Virus record (IMG/VR): IMGVR_UViG_3300047554_000329 | Span: 28,925 to 92,924 of that record | Origin: a virus | Strand: one strand, 5' to 3' | Length of the DNA: 64,000 nucleotides | In this document: piece after piece, positions 50,963 through 59,482 of the stretch | Position numbering within the stretch: position 1 is the first letter of the stretch | Layout: every line of letters begins with the position of its first letter | Made by a program: the position numbers and the translations under genes | Notes under the pieces: generated by a model | Told to the model about the DNA's origin: nothing | The model's database searches: none | What the model saw: the letters and a program-made list of their open reading frames with translations, nothing else

Positions 50963-51732
50963 ACCTGAGTCAACCCCCAGGCATCATCATCTCCAGTAAA
51001 CTTTCTCAAGCCATTACGACCATCCAAGTGATATGAACGTTTGTTGTTTGTTTTGCTTGGGTAGTAAATCCAAAGCTTGTGCTCGTTCCATCCATCTCTA
51101 GTTCCGTGCTTACGCCACGGTACAATGTAAGCTTCATAAATAAGACTGTGAAGAACATCTTCAATAAATGTTCTATCTGGAAGACGTGGAATAATTTCAT
51201 TCTTGTAGTAAGATACCTTTGTTAGGTGTGGTCTTTGGCTCCACTGGTAAGTCTGCAAGAAGCCATCTTCAAGTTCAAGCATAAGCCAGTCATGTACATC
51301 TGGGACCTTTGCTTCGTGATAAAAACGAATTGTATTGGCTCTACCAGACTCAATCATACGAATACAAGCCTCCCAGTTGATGTGCTCGTCTGTAACTAGT
51401 GGAGCATCTCCCTCTACATAAAGCATAAGTGGTGTCTTTACTAAATCAATAGTTTTCTTAATCATTGTGCTTTGATGTGAGTATTCATCAAAAATAATTG
51501 GCAGAACGTTTGTATATTCGTGAAGACACTTCCAAAGAATCCTATTCTTGTATTCATCGTAGTCAGCTTTGCGGTGTGACTGCTCTTCTCTTAGTCCATC
51601 AATCTGTAGAATGATTTCGCTATCAGGTAGATGATGCCTAATGCTTTTAATAGTCTCGTCAACAATGTGTGTATCTGGGTGACTAGGTATGACAGAGGTT
51701 ACAACTATAACCGTTATGTCTTTTTTATCCAT
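50959..51732 (-). CDS. Putative glycosyltransferase (GT-A-like)
   Basis: ITVIVVTS..ETIKSI..EIILQIDG..LYVEGD; operon context. Confidence 0.6.
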   Translation of the reverse strand: MDKKDITVIVVTSVIPSHPDTHIVDETIKSIRHHLPDSEIILQIDGLREEQSHRKADYDEYKNRILWKCLHEYTNVLPIIFDEYSHQSTMIKKTIDLVKTPLMLYVEGDAPLVTDEHINWEACIRMIESGRANTIRFYHEAKVPDVHDWLMLELEDGFLQTYQWSQRPHLTKVSYYKNEIIPRLPDRTFIEDVLHSLIYEAYIVPWRKHGTRDGWNEHKLWIYYPSKTNNKRSYHLDGRNGLRKFTGDDDAWGLTQV

Positions 51733-52582
51733 TTAATTGCTCCATAATCTTATATGCAAAGTCTCTCTTATACTTAATCCACCAGCTGACAGTCCTGTGC
51801 ATATTAGCAGGATAGTCAACTAAAACATCAGAAACAATGCCGTTTAGTTTGTTCCAGTCATTGGTTTTTGGGACAGGCGTTTGTTGTTCAAAAACAAAAT
51901 CCCAAAAGTTATACTCTTCATTCTTAGAACTCTTTAGGTCTGCAATTGGCAATGCCAGCATCTCTAGAGCTTCATAGAATCTGAATGAGTCTATTGTATC
52001 ACTACCAGCAGGTGATGGAACAATCTTAGACTCAAGGAGGTGGGTAAAATATTCTTTAGGCTTGTAGCCCTGCGTAAATCCAGGGGTAGGGTTAAACAAA
52101 GCCCCAGGAACTTTAGGCATAGCCTCTGCAAGCTCCTTACGCCTATCGTGAGTAATCTGACCAGAGAAGAATACATCATTCTTTTTGTCTGTATAGTTTG
52201 GTAGATTATCTCTCATATGCGATGGACAGCCAATTGGCATCTTATAAAACTGTCCATGTCTATCTGGATATGGAGACTGAATCCAAATCTTAATGTCTGG
52301 ATGCTTAATCTTGTCAGCCATAAATGAACCAGTCTCATCTCCAGTAACAAATAAAACAACCTTCTTAATCTTGTTTAGTTCGTCAGATACTTTGGTTGGG
52401 ATACGTTTGTTTTCGAATCCGCAGATAACCACAAAGGCTTTATCTACTTCTGGTAGCTCAGTTGCCTCAAGATAGTCAACATTGTTTCTTTCAAAGGCTT
52501 CTTTTAGAAAACCAAAGTCCCACTTGTGGTCTGGAAAACTCTTGCCATCTAAAGCAAGCAGGTATGCCTTAATATTACTCAT
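51725..52582 (-). CDS. Exostosin/GT47-like glycosyltransferase
   Basis: VFFSGQ..SKIVPSPAG..DSFRFYEALEMLALPI. Confidence 0.65.
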   Translation of the reverse strand: MSNIKAYLLALDGKSFPDHKWDFGFLKEAFERNNVDYLEATELPEVDKAFVVICGFENKRIPTKVSDELNKIKKVVLFVTGDETGSFMADKIKHPDIKIWIQSPYPDRHGQFYKMPIGCPSHMRDNLPNYTDKKNDVFFSGQITHDRRKELAEAMPKVPGALFNPTPGFTQGYKPKEYFTHLLESKIVPSPAGSDTIDSFRFYEALEMLALPIADLKSSKNEEYNFWDFVFEQQTPVPKTNDWNKLNGIVSDVLVDYPANMHRTVSWWIKYKRDFAYKIMEQLNG

Positions 52583-53285
52583 AATAAAGGTGTGCCTCGT
52601 GCTGGTAGTCAATCAATGTTTCTTTATATCCAAACTCATCTCTGAGCCAGTAACGAAGTTCTGCAAGATACTTTCCGTATTGATGAAACATAAACTCTGG
52701 GTGACCAGATAGCCAAATCTTTGGCTTGTAGTTTTTGAGAACATGGTATGCTCCACCAAGAACTTTCCACTCGCTACCCTCTACGTCAATTGTGATGGCG
52801 GTAGGTGGCTTAATACCATGGTCATAGACACAAGAGTCAATAGTAACCTGACCATAGTTATCTCCCTCAAGATAAAGCTCTTTGAATCCATGTGCTGCCT
52901 CAATCTTTTGACTAGCTTCTGGTGGAAATTCATTTTTATAAATCCTAGCAAGCTTATTAATTTGGTCAGAGGCAAATGCAGGAATACAGGCTAACGGAAG
53001 CTCTAAGTTGTTTGCTTCCCAAATTGCTGGCATATGAGACCAAACCTTTGGATTAGGCTCAAATAGAACTACTTCTGCTCCCCAAATTTGACAAAGAGCA
53101 GACATCTCACCTTCTTCAGCACCAACATAATAAACAACATCGCCCTTACCAAGACCGTCATGCATAGACTTTAGTCTAGGCTTTTCCCAGCCTTTTTCTG
53201 TATACCACTCTGGTCTATCTGCTCTGTGCTTTGGCAGCATCATTTCCCATTCTCCATTGAGAACAGCCTTTACCATCTCGGTCAT
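52575..53285 (-). CDS. FkbM-family methyltransferase
   Basis: DVVYYVGAEEG, VLFEPNP, IDVEGSEWKVLGGA. Confidence 0.85.
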   Translation of the reverse strand: MTEMVKAVLNGEWEMMLPKHRADRPEWYTEKGWEKPRLKSMHDGLGKGDVVYYVGAEEGEMSALCQIWGAEVVLFEPNPKVWSHMPAIWEANNLELPLACIPAFASDQINKLARIYKNEFPPEASQKIEAAHGFKELYLEGDNYGQVTIDSCVYDHGIKPPTAITIDVEGSEWKVLGGAYHVLKNYKPKIWLSGHPEFMFHQYGKYLAELRYWLRDEFGYKETLIDYQHEAHLYYE

Positions 53286-54244
53286 AGTCCTAGCTCCTTT
53301 AGAATTGTTACCCATCTATGCTTGTATGTGTGTTCTGCCCTGGCTCTATTATGACCAGCAATTCTGATTGACTCTCGCTCTTCATCATTAACAAGATAGT
53401 AATCAATCTTTGCTTTTAGGTCTTGCAAGTTACCGTGCTCATAAAATACAATCTCTTTACCATCTTCAAAGTAATCGTCTAGTCCTATAATACGAGGGTA
53501 GATGGTAAATCCACCACGACCAGTAGACTCAAACAGTCTATCGCTAGTGTAGTATGGATAGTTAAAGTTTAGGTTTAGGGTATCACCAATGGCAATCTTG
53601 CTTTTAGCATAAATTTTATTTAGCTCTTCCCCACGCACAGTTCCAGTATCTCCGTCTCCACCAACGTGTAAGAAGCGAGAGCCATAAGTTTCTCTAAGGA
53701 AGTCAATCAGTTCTGGGCGGTAAGGATATTCGTGATGATATCTTTTGCTACCAACAAATATAACGTCGTAATCAAAATTATTTTTATCGTAAGACTTGTC
53801 TAGGTAACACTCTGGTCCATAAACTCCTGCGGTAAGGAAGTGACCCTTAACATTGGTATTCTCATTAAACCAATCAGCCATAAGCTTGTCTACAGTGAAA
53901 AAATGTCCAATAGTTTTGTAAAAATTGTCTTGCTCTAAGTCTTTTTGGCGGTCTAGACCAAACCAAAGGTCAAGGTGATAGGTCATTGTTGGAATGCCAT
54001 GCTCGTGAAACTTTTCAAGAATGTGGTCCATCGAATAGTTTCCAGGAGTTTCCCATCCATGAGTGTGTACCCAAATAAATAGGTCAGCGTTGAATGCAAC
54101 GGTCCTTCTATAAATTTTATCTGACGGCATGATGCGTTCTTGCATCTTCATTACCTTGTGTCCCAATGCCTCTAGGCTTTTTACGTGATGGTTTTCACTG
54201 CTGTATGGCACTTCAAAGTTGCCTAAAAATACTATGTTAGCCAA
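53282..54244 (-). CDS. Glycosyltransferase (CgeB/Glyco_trans_1_2-like)
   Basis: DVIFVGS, YAKSKIAIG, SDRLFE..G.GGF, RESIRIAG..AEHTYKHR. Confidence 0.85.
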   Translation of the reverse strand: MANIVFLGNFEVPYSSENHHVKSLEALGHKVMKMQERIMPSDKIYRRTVAFNADLFIWVHTHGWETPGNYSMDHILEKFHEHGIPTMTYHLDLWFGLDRQKDLEQDNFYKTIGHFFTVDKLMADWFNENTNVKGHFLTAGVYGPECYLDKSYDKNNFDYDVIFVGSKRYHHEYPYRPELIDFLRETYGSRFLHVGGDGDTGTVRGEELNKIYAKSKIAIGDTLNLNFNYPYYTSDRLFESTGRGGFTIYPRIIGLDDYFEDGKEIVFYEHGNLQDLKAKIDYYLVNDEERESIRIAGHNRARAEHTYKHRWVTILKELGL

Positions 54245-54273
54245 TTATTTTTCCTTACTACTAGCCAAATCAA

Positions 54274-54290
54274 TTATACCATGCTATAAT
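54274..54290. promoter_or_regulatory. Back-to-back extended -10 promoters (GT operon / hsp20)
   Basis: ATTATACCA (TGGTATAAT on minus strand) adjacent to TGCTATAAT on plus strand. Confidence 0.7.
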
Positions 54291-54295
54291 GGTTA

Positions 54296-54336
54296 TGTAC
54301 CTGCCATTTGGGGGTACACAACTCGCTTAATAGGAG
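54296..54336 (+). promoter_or_regulatory. ROSE-like RNA thermometer candidate in hsp20 5' UTR
   Basis: CTCGCT-TAAT-AGGAG: U(U/C)GCU pairs the SD with a bulged G; an upstream GTACC/GGTAC hairpin. Confidence 0.55.
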
Positions 54337-54345
54337 ATGATATAT

Positions 54346-54732
54346 ATGGTTATTACAACCAACCCATTCGAAGCACTTGGTCTAGATATTGACAAGTTCT
54401 TCCAAACAACAAATGCCCCAGCATTCCCACCATACAACGTTGTCAAAGTTAATGACGACAAGCTAGTTATGGAATTTGCGGTAGCTGGCTTCAAGAAAAG
54501 TGATATCTCTATCACTACTGAAAAGAATGTTCTAACAGTAAAAGCAGACAAGGGAACTGACGAAAAGGTTTATGCCTATAAGGGCATTGCTGCTCGTAAG
54601 TTTACTCGTGCCTTTACTCTACCAGAATATTTTGAAGTAAACGATGCGTGGTTTGAAGACGGAATTCTTTTTATTGACTTGGTTCGTAATGTTCCAGAAG
54701 AAAAGAAGCCAAAACAAATCACAATTAAATAG
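54346..54732 (+). CDS. Small heat-shock protein Hsp20 (IbpA-like)
   Basis: FPPYNV, AVAGF, YKGIAARKFTRAFTL, FEDGILFIDL, PEEKKPKQITI. Confidence 0.93.
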   Translation: MVITTNPFEALGLDIDKFFQTTNAPAFPPYNVVKVNDDKLVMEFAVAGFKKSDISITTEKNVLTVKADKGTDEKVYAYKGIAARKFTRAFTLPEYFEVNDAWFEDGILFIDLVRNVPEEKKPKQITIK

Positions 54733-54737
54733 TCATA

Positions 54738-54765
54738 AACTCCTGGGTATGAGTTGAAACTGCCC
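54738..54765 (+). ncRNA. Putative H-type pseudoknot, copy 2 (3' of hsp20)
   Basis: AACTC-CTGGGTAT-GAGTT-GAAAC-TGCCC. Confidence 0.65.
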
Positions 54766-54812
54766 TATACCTATGATATAATTGAAATACATTTTTGAAG
54801 GAGATGATTGCT

Positions 54813-55964
54813 ATGCCAGTAGGCGGTGGCGGAAAACCAGCAGGTGGATACCGTGCAGGTAAAAAGGGAAGTTATGGCTGTAGCGGTTACCCAACAGTAA
54901 GTGCTGACGGAACAGTACACGGATGTCACAAGACAAAGGAAGAGGCAGCTACCCAAGCTCGTGCTATCTGGGCAAGCGTTAACTCAACAAAGGCAGATGA
55001 TTTGCCACTAGAAGATTTTATGGATATTGAAAAGGCTCTTGACATCACAGAGGGCGATTACGTAATGGGCATGACCATGGACGGCATCGTTGTAGGTCAG
55101 GTAGAGCACGTTATGACTGAGGGTGGAACCTATGGCACACCTGGAACTGCTCTAGCAATTGAGTCAACTCCAGAAGACCCAGCAATGGCTGTTAGAGTCT
55201 TTGAGGAAGAGGATGGTATGTACTATCCAACACCATATTCAATTGGTATGCTTTACTCTCAGGCAAAGAAGATTAGCCAGCCACCTATGGCAGATATGCA
55301 AGACGATATGCAAATGTCTATGGATGAAGAAGAGCGTTATGGCAGACATCACGGAGAAATGCACAAGGCAGACTCTTATACCCCAACTTCTGGAATGAAG
55401 TCTGCTGCAGCTCGTGCTATTCGCTGGAAAGAAGAAGGAAAGGCTACTGGTGCAGGAACTCCTGTGGGCTGGGGTAGAGCAAGAGACATCGTAGCAGGTC
55501 GCTCAATGTCACTAAGCGTTGTAAAGCGTATGTACTCGTTCTTCTCACGTCACGAAGTAGACAAAAAAGGCAAGGATTTTTATAACACAAGCAATCCTAG
55601 CAATGGTCGCATTATGTGGGATGCTTGGGGTGGAGACGCAGGATTCTCTTGGTCTCGTGGTATCGTAAATAGAATGAATGACAAGGCTTTGTTTGCTGAC
55701 TTTGGCAAGGACTACACAAAGACAGAACGCATGGTTGTAAAAGCTATGGGCGTAGGCTCAATGGTTTCTTGGAATTCTTCTGGCGGTAGTGCTACAGGCA
55801 AGATTGTTAGAATTATTAGAAACGGAACATACAATGTTCCTAACTCAGACTTTACAATTACAGGAACACCAGACAATCCTGCAGTTGCAATTAGAGTTTA
55901 CCAAGATGGTAAGCCCACCGATACAATCGTTGGTCACAGAATGAACACACTTAGGAGTGCGTAA
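54813..55964 (+). CDS. Multidomain head-associated protein (Tudor/DUF2945-like modules)
   Basis: GCHKTKEEAATQ module; EGDYV and GSMVSWNSSGG SH3/Tudor-like modules; RMYSFFSRHE..WDAWGGDAG module. Confidence 0.55.
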   Translation: MPVGGGGKPAGGYRAGKKGSYGCSGYPTVSADGTVHGCHKTKEEAATQARAIWASVNSTKADDLPLEDFMDIEKALDITEGDYVMGMTMDGIVVGQVEHVMTEGGTYGTPGTALAIESTPEDPAMAVRVFEEEDGMYYPTPYSIGMLYSQAKKISQPPMADMQDDMQMSMDEEERYGRHHGEMHKADSYTPTSGMKSAAARAIRWKEEGKATGAGTPVGWGRARDIVAGRSMSLSVVKRMYSFFSRHEVDKKGKDFYNTSNPSNGRIMWDAWGGDAGFSWSRGIVNRMNDKALFADFGKDYTKTERMVVKAMGVGSMVSWNSSGGSATGKIVRIIRNGTYNVPNSDFTITGTPDNPAVAIRVYQDGKPTDTIVGHRMNTLRSA

Positions 55965-56227
55965 TGAAAACACTGGTTCACTTTACTGCTGATTGGTGTC
56001 AGCCATGCAAAAAGATGCAGCCCATTATTGACGAGGTAGTTGCAGATGGTGGCGGAGCATATATCAAGATTAACATTGAGAAAGATGCAGAGCTATTTGA
56101 CAAATACACTTCTTATTTTGGTAGTGTTATGAGCGTTCCTACGTTCTGGAGTATTGCTAATGAAGAGCTAGTAGATAGCCATATTGGTCTAGCCACCAAA
56201 GAAAAAATCGAATCACTATATAAATAG
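55964..56227 (+). CDS. Thioredoxin
   Basis: FTADWCQPCK, SVPT. Confidence 0.9.
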   Translation: MKTLVHFTADWCQPCKKMQPIIDEVVADGGGAYIKINIEKDAELFDKYTSYFGSVMSVPTFWSIANEELVDSHIGLATKEKIESLYK

Positions 56228-56232
56228 TTAAC

Positions 56233-56304
56233 GGTCCCATCGTCTAGTGGTAAAGACTCCAGATTTTCAATCTGGCAACAGGGGTTCAATTCCCCTTGGG
56301 ACTG
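56233..56304 (+). tRNA. tRNA-Glu(TTC)
   Basis: Anticodon arm CCAGA-TTTTCAA-TCTGG; GGTTCAATTCC. Confidence 0.9.
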
Positions 56305-56308
56305 CTAA

Positions 56309-56385
56309 GGCATGGCTGCTGGGACAGAAATGGGACTGTAAATCCTGTGCAATTTGCTAGAAGGGTTCGATTCCCTGACGTGCCA
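56309..56385 (+). tRNA. Atypical tRNA-Tyr(GTA)
   Basis: Loop CTGTAAA; variable arm GCAATTTGC; T arm GGGTTCGATTCCC; reduced D arm. Confidence 0.65.
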
Positions 56386-56388
56386 CTA

Positions 56389-56417
56389 TTGACAAACAAC
56401 TAAGTAGAAGGTATAAT
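56389..56417 (+). promoter_or_regulatory. Consensus sigma-A promoter, leaderless ATG at 56424
   Basis: TTGACA-17 nt-TATAAT-6 nt-ATG. Confidence 0.85.
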
Positions 56418-56423
56418 ATAGGT

Positions 56424-56681
56424 ATGACAAAACCAGACTGGGCAGAAAGACTGCAGAAAACATTTAAGCGTAAGTATGAGTTGGGCTATCACGAAGGACA
56501 ACAGTTCGGATATGACGAGGGTTTTATGGTTGGCTCTAAGAAAGCCGTAGCAGAAGCTCGCAAGGTATTTATTAAAATAATCCAAGAAGAAATCAAGTCA
56601 GTATCAGAACCTATGATGGTTGATAAAGAATATCTAGATGGTCTCAACCGAGCCATTGACCTAATTAAAAAAGGAAAGTAA
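56424..56681 (+). CDS. Hypothetical protein
   Basis: GYHEG/GYDEG repeats. Confidence 0.6.
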   Translation: MTKPDWAERLQKTFKRKYELGYHEGQQFGYDEGFMVGSKKAVAEARKVFIKIIQEEIKSVSEPMMVDKEYLDGLNRAIDLIKKGK

Positions 56682-56860
56682 TGCACACCGAACACCTACT
56701 AGAAATAGTATTTGGACTTGAGCATATGATTGCTGAGTTCTTTTGGAATATAGTTTTTGCACTTGCAGTCTGGGGACTGTCTAAGGCAAAGTTGTTTAGC
56801 TCTGTACACAAGTACATTGATACTAAGCACAAAATCACACACAAACCAGGAGAGTATTAA
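56681..56860 (+). CDS. Small membrane protein (59 aa)
   Basis: MHTEHLLEIVFGLEHMIAEFFWNIVFALAVWG...; TAATG coupling at both ends. Confidence 0.6.
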   Translation: MHTEHLLEIVFGLEHMIAEFFWNIVFALAVWGLSKAKLFSSVHKYIDTKHKITHKPGEY

Positions 56861-57150
56861 TGTTAAAACCAATTGAAGATAGGGTTGTCGTAAAGCCTAT
56901 CGTAGAAGATATTTCAACGACTGCTTCTGGCTTTCTAATCAGCAAGACTGACGAGAAGCCACAGGAAGCTATTGTAGTAGCAGTAGGTCCAGGAATTACC
57001 CTGCCTAGCGGAACCCATGTTGACCTTGACCTAAAGGTTGGCGACAAGGTTATTTTTGCTAAGTACAGTGGCACAGAAGTAAGCCATGAGAATGAGAACT
57101 ATCTAGTGCTACCTTATCGTGACATCTTGGCGGTATTGGAGGAAGACTAA
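56860..57150 (+). CDS. groES: Co-chaperonin GroES
   Basis: LKPIEDRVVV, VVAVGPG, KVGDKVIFAKYSGTEV, DILAV. Confidence 0.95.
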   Translation: MLKPIEDRVVVKPIVEDISTTASGFLISKTDEKPQEAIVVAVGPGITLPSGTHVDLDLKVGDKVIFAKYSGTEVSHENENYLVLPYRDILAVLEED

Positions 57151-57389
57151 TGGATGATGAAAAGTTTAACAAGCTATTCACTGATAGTATTCCAACAATC
57201 CACACTGTTCCAGGTATGGAAAACTATCTAACCATGTCTCGTGAACTTCTAGAAGACTACAAACGTCAAGCTAGAGCGGATGAGCGAGAAGCAATCATTA
57301 AGTTCTTAGAACTGCTAGCCCTTGACCCAAGTGGAATTAACTTGCAAGGTGCTATCGTACAACTACAGAAAAACAAGGAGATGAAGTGA
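57150..57389 (+). CDS. Hypothetical protein
   Basis: Coupled ORF. Confidence 0.55.
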   Translation: MDDEKFNKLFTDSIPTIHTVPGMENYLTMSRELLEDYKRQARADEREAIIKFLELLALDPSGINLQGAIVQLQKNKEMK

Positions 57390-57646
57390 GTGAACCAACA
57401 GTAGTCAACAATTACTCAGTTGACATTAGAAGTATTATCAATGATTACGTTTTTCGTGAGCGTGATGCAATTCTTGGAAGCCTAGTGCAAGCAGGTATTC
57501 TTCGTAAGGCTGATGATGGCAACGGATTCGTTGGCATTGTCTATGTTAACTGGGAAGAGCGTGGAACAGATGGACATGAGCCACAGCTATCGCTAATCAC
57601 AGTTGGAGCACAGCCAGTAGAAGAGCCACAAGATGAACAAGATTAA
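57386..57646 (+). CDS. Hypothetical protein
   Basis: Coupled ORF. Confidence 0.55.
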   Translation: MSEPTVVNNYSVDIRSIINDYVFRERDAILGSLVQAGILRKADDGNGFVGIVYVNWEERGTDGHEPQLSLITVGAQPVEEPQDEQD

Positions 57647-58319
57647 TGTACTTGATAACGGTTATGTCCGTCTCGTGGATGTTCTTGGCAGCGACTTATC
57701 TGTCGTTAACGCTGCACGTGTTTCATACGACAAAGAGGTAGAGGAGTTCGGACCTAAAGATGAAAAACTTATTAAGTTCCTTATCCGTGAAGGACACACT
57801 AGCCCTTTCCGCCATGCAGCACTCACCTTTGAGGTCTATGCACCTCTATTCGTCGCAAGACAGTGGTGGAAATACGCAGTTGCCTCAACACACGTTGACG
57901 AACAAAACGGATGGAATGAAAGCTCAAGACGTTACATTACAGAAGCAGAAGAGTTCTATGTTCCATCTGCCTCGGCGTGGCGTAGCAAGCCTGAGAATAG
58001 TAAGCAGGGTAGCGGTGAGCCTATTCATTTTAGTCTTGGTTATCATTACACTAACAAGCTAAAAGAGTTTATCGAAATGGGAACAGGTCTTTATCACGAG
58101 GCAATGGAAGATAATATTGCTCCAGAGATTGCTCGCTTGTTCCTACCTGCCTATGGTATGTATGTTCGTTGGCGTTGGACGGTATCGCTACAGGGAGTTA
58201 TGACGTTCCTTGACCAGCGTCTGGAACATGATGCACAAGTAGAAATCCAAGACTATGCTCTTGCAGTTAAAGACTTGGCACACCAGGCATTCCCAGAAAC
58301 CTTTAAAGCGTTACACTAA
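57633..58319 (+). CDS. thyX: Flavin-dependent thymidylate synthase
   Basis: VNAARVSY, GHTSPF, PLFVARQW, NESSRRY, EIARLFLP, HDAQVEIQDYA. Confidence 0.93.
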   Translation: MNKINVLDNGYVRLVDVLGSDLSVVNAARVSYDKEVEEFGPKDEKLIKFLIREGHTSPFRHAALTFEVYAPLFVARQWWKYAVASTHVDEQNGWNESSRRYITEAEEFYVPSASAWRSKPENSKQGSGEPIHFSLGYHYTNKLKEFIEMGTGLYHEAMEDNIAPEIARLFLPAYGMYVRWRWTVSLQGVMTFLDQRLEHDAQVEIQDYALAVKDLAHQAFPETFKALH

Positions 58320-58325
58320 AGGTTT

Positions 58326-58398
58326 ACCCCTATAGCTCAGTGGATAGAGCAAGAGCCTTCTAATCTCTTGGTCGTAGGTTCGATTCCTACTAGGGGTG
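58326..58398 (+). tRNA. tRNA-Arg(TCT)
   Basis: ACCCCTA/TAGGGGT; anticodon loop CTTCTAA; GGTTCGATTCC. Confidence 0.92.
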
Positions 58399-59052
58399 CT
58401 CATACTTGCTAGGATTTGGAAACATTTCTTCTAGCAAATTACTAAGCTCATTAAATGTTTCGTCATTGCTAGACAGAAATGGCAGGTCACTTTTCATATC
58501 GCCAAGACCTGTTCCACTAAATACTTTAACATCATCGTGCTGTGTGCCACCTACGTTATGGATATTGCCATACGCTGACCGCCAAAGAGCAGGTAGTCTA
58601 AGAATATTAAAAAGCTTTTTCTTGTTCATAACCATAGGAGCGTGAACCTCATAGCTATAGATTGGTCCATCCTGAATGTGGCTGACTACACTTAGGGTGT
58701 CAACCAGCATTTCTCTGTATGCTGGACTAGTCTTAACAAGGTCTATATGGTCTTGTAGCAGCCCACGGTGGTATGGCTGGATTGATTCTACTGGCTTCAT
58801 AATAAAGAAGTCGTCGTTCATAAGAATAAAATCGCTAGAAATCTCATATTTTCTACAGGCTACGTTAAGATTGTTCCTAGCATTATCAAACTTTAAGCCG
58901 TTTTGCTTTGTTCTGATAAAGTTTCCTGTGTACCAGTCTGGCTTTCCACCAACTACCCAAATGTTGTCGTGTGGTAGATTAGCAACAGCAGACCTAATAG
59001 AGTATCTTAATTCTTCGTTGTCTCCGTCTCTACAGATGTAAACTAAATCCAT
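58390..59052 (-). CDS. Stealth-family-like sugar-phosphate transferase
   Basis: MDLVYI, EELRYSIRS, FILMNDDFF, HAP motifs matching Stealth conserved regions. Confidence 0.7.
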   Translation of the reverse strand: MDLVYICRDGDNEELRYSIRSAVANLPHDNIWVVGGKPDWYTGNFIRTKQNGLKFDNARNNLNVACRKYEISSDFILMNDDFFIMKPVESIQPYHRGLLQDHIDLVKTSPAYREMLVDTLSVVSHIQDGPIYSYEVHAPMVMNKKKLFNILRLPALWRSAYGNIHNVGGTQHDDVKVFSGTGLGDMKSDLPFLSSNDETFNELSNLLEEMFPNPSKYEHP

Positions 59053-59189
59053 TATTCAGCCAATCGTTCATATGCCCAGCCAAGGACAGCAGCAGCTACC
59101 TCGTCGTTCTCCAGGTCTTTTTCCATTATGAGTTCTCTAAGTTTTGCAAAGAAAACATATCTTGGGTCCGATTCATTAATCTCGTCCAT
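59052..59189 (-). CDS. Small hypothetical protein (leaderless)
   Basis: MDEINESDPRYVFFAKLREL..; TATAAT 6 nt upstream. Confidence 0.55.
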   Translation of the reverse strand: MDEINESDPRYVFFAKLRELIMEKDLENDEVAAAVLGWAYERLAE

Positions 59190-59243
59190 CATATAATTAT
59201 AGCAAATGTTTGCATTTCCTGCTCTATCTGGTATAATGGATAG

Positions 59244-59381
59244 ATGGAAGAAATTAAAGCACTCTTGGCTGAGTGGGAAGCAGAAGGTACAGCATCTGGT
59301 GCTGGTGTCGAAAAGGCGTATCGCATTCTAGAACTACTAGCAGCCAAGGTAGAACAGTTGGATGCCCAGCTTAACGGATAA
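59244..59381 (+). CDS. Small hypothetical protein (leaderless)
   Basis: MEEIKALLAEWEAEG..; TATAAT 6 nt upstream. Confidence 0.55.
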   Translation: MEEIKALLAEWEAEGTASGAGVEKAYRILELLAAKVEQLDAQLNG

Positions 59382-59482
59382 GTATCGTTATCAAATTTTC
59401 CCAGAAAGAGTTTATCTCATTAGGGATAGTTTTGGCAATGTTATTGAAGTTACTGGACAACAAATAGTAGAAAGTTTAGGCA

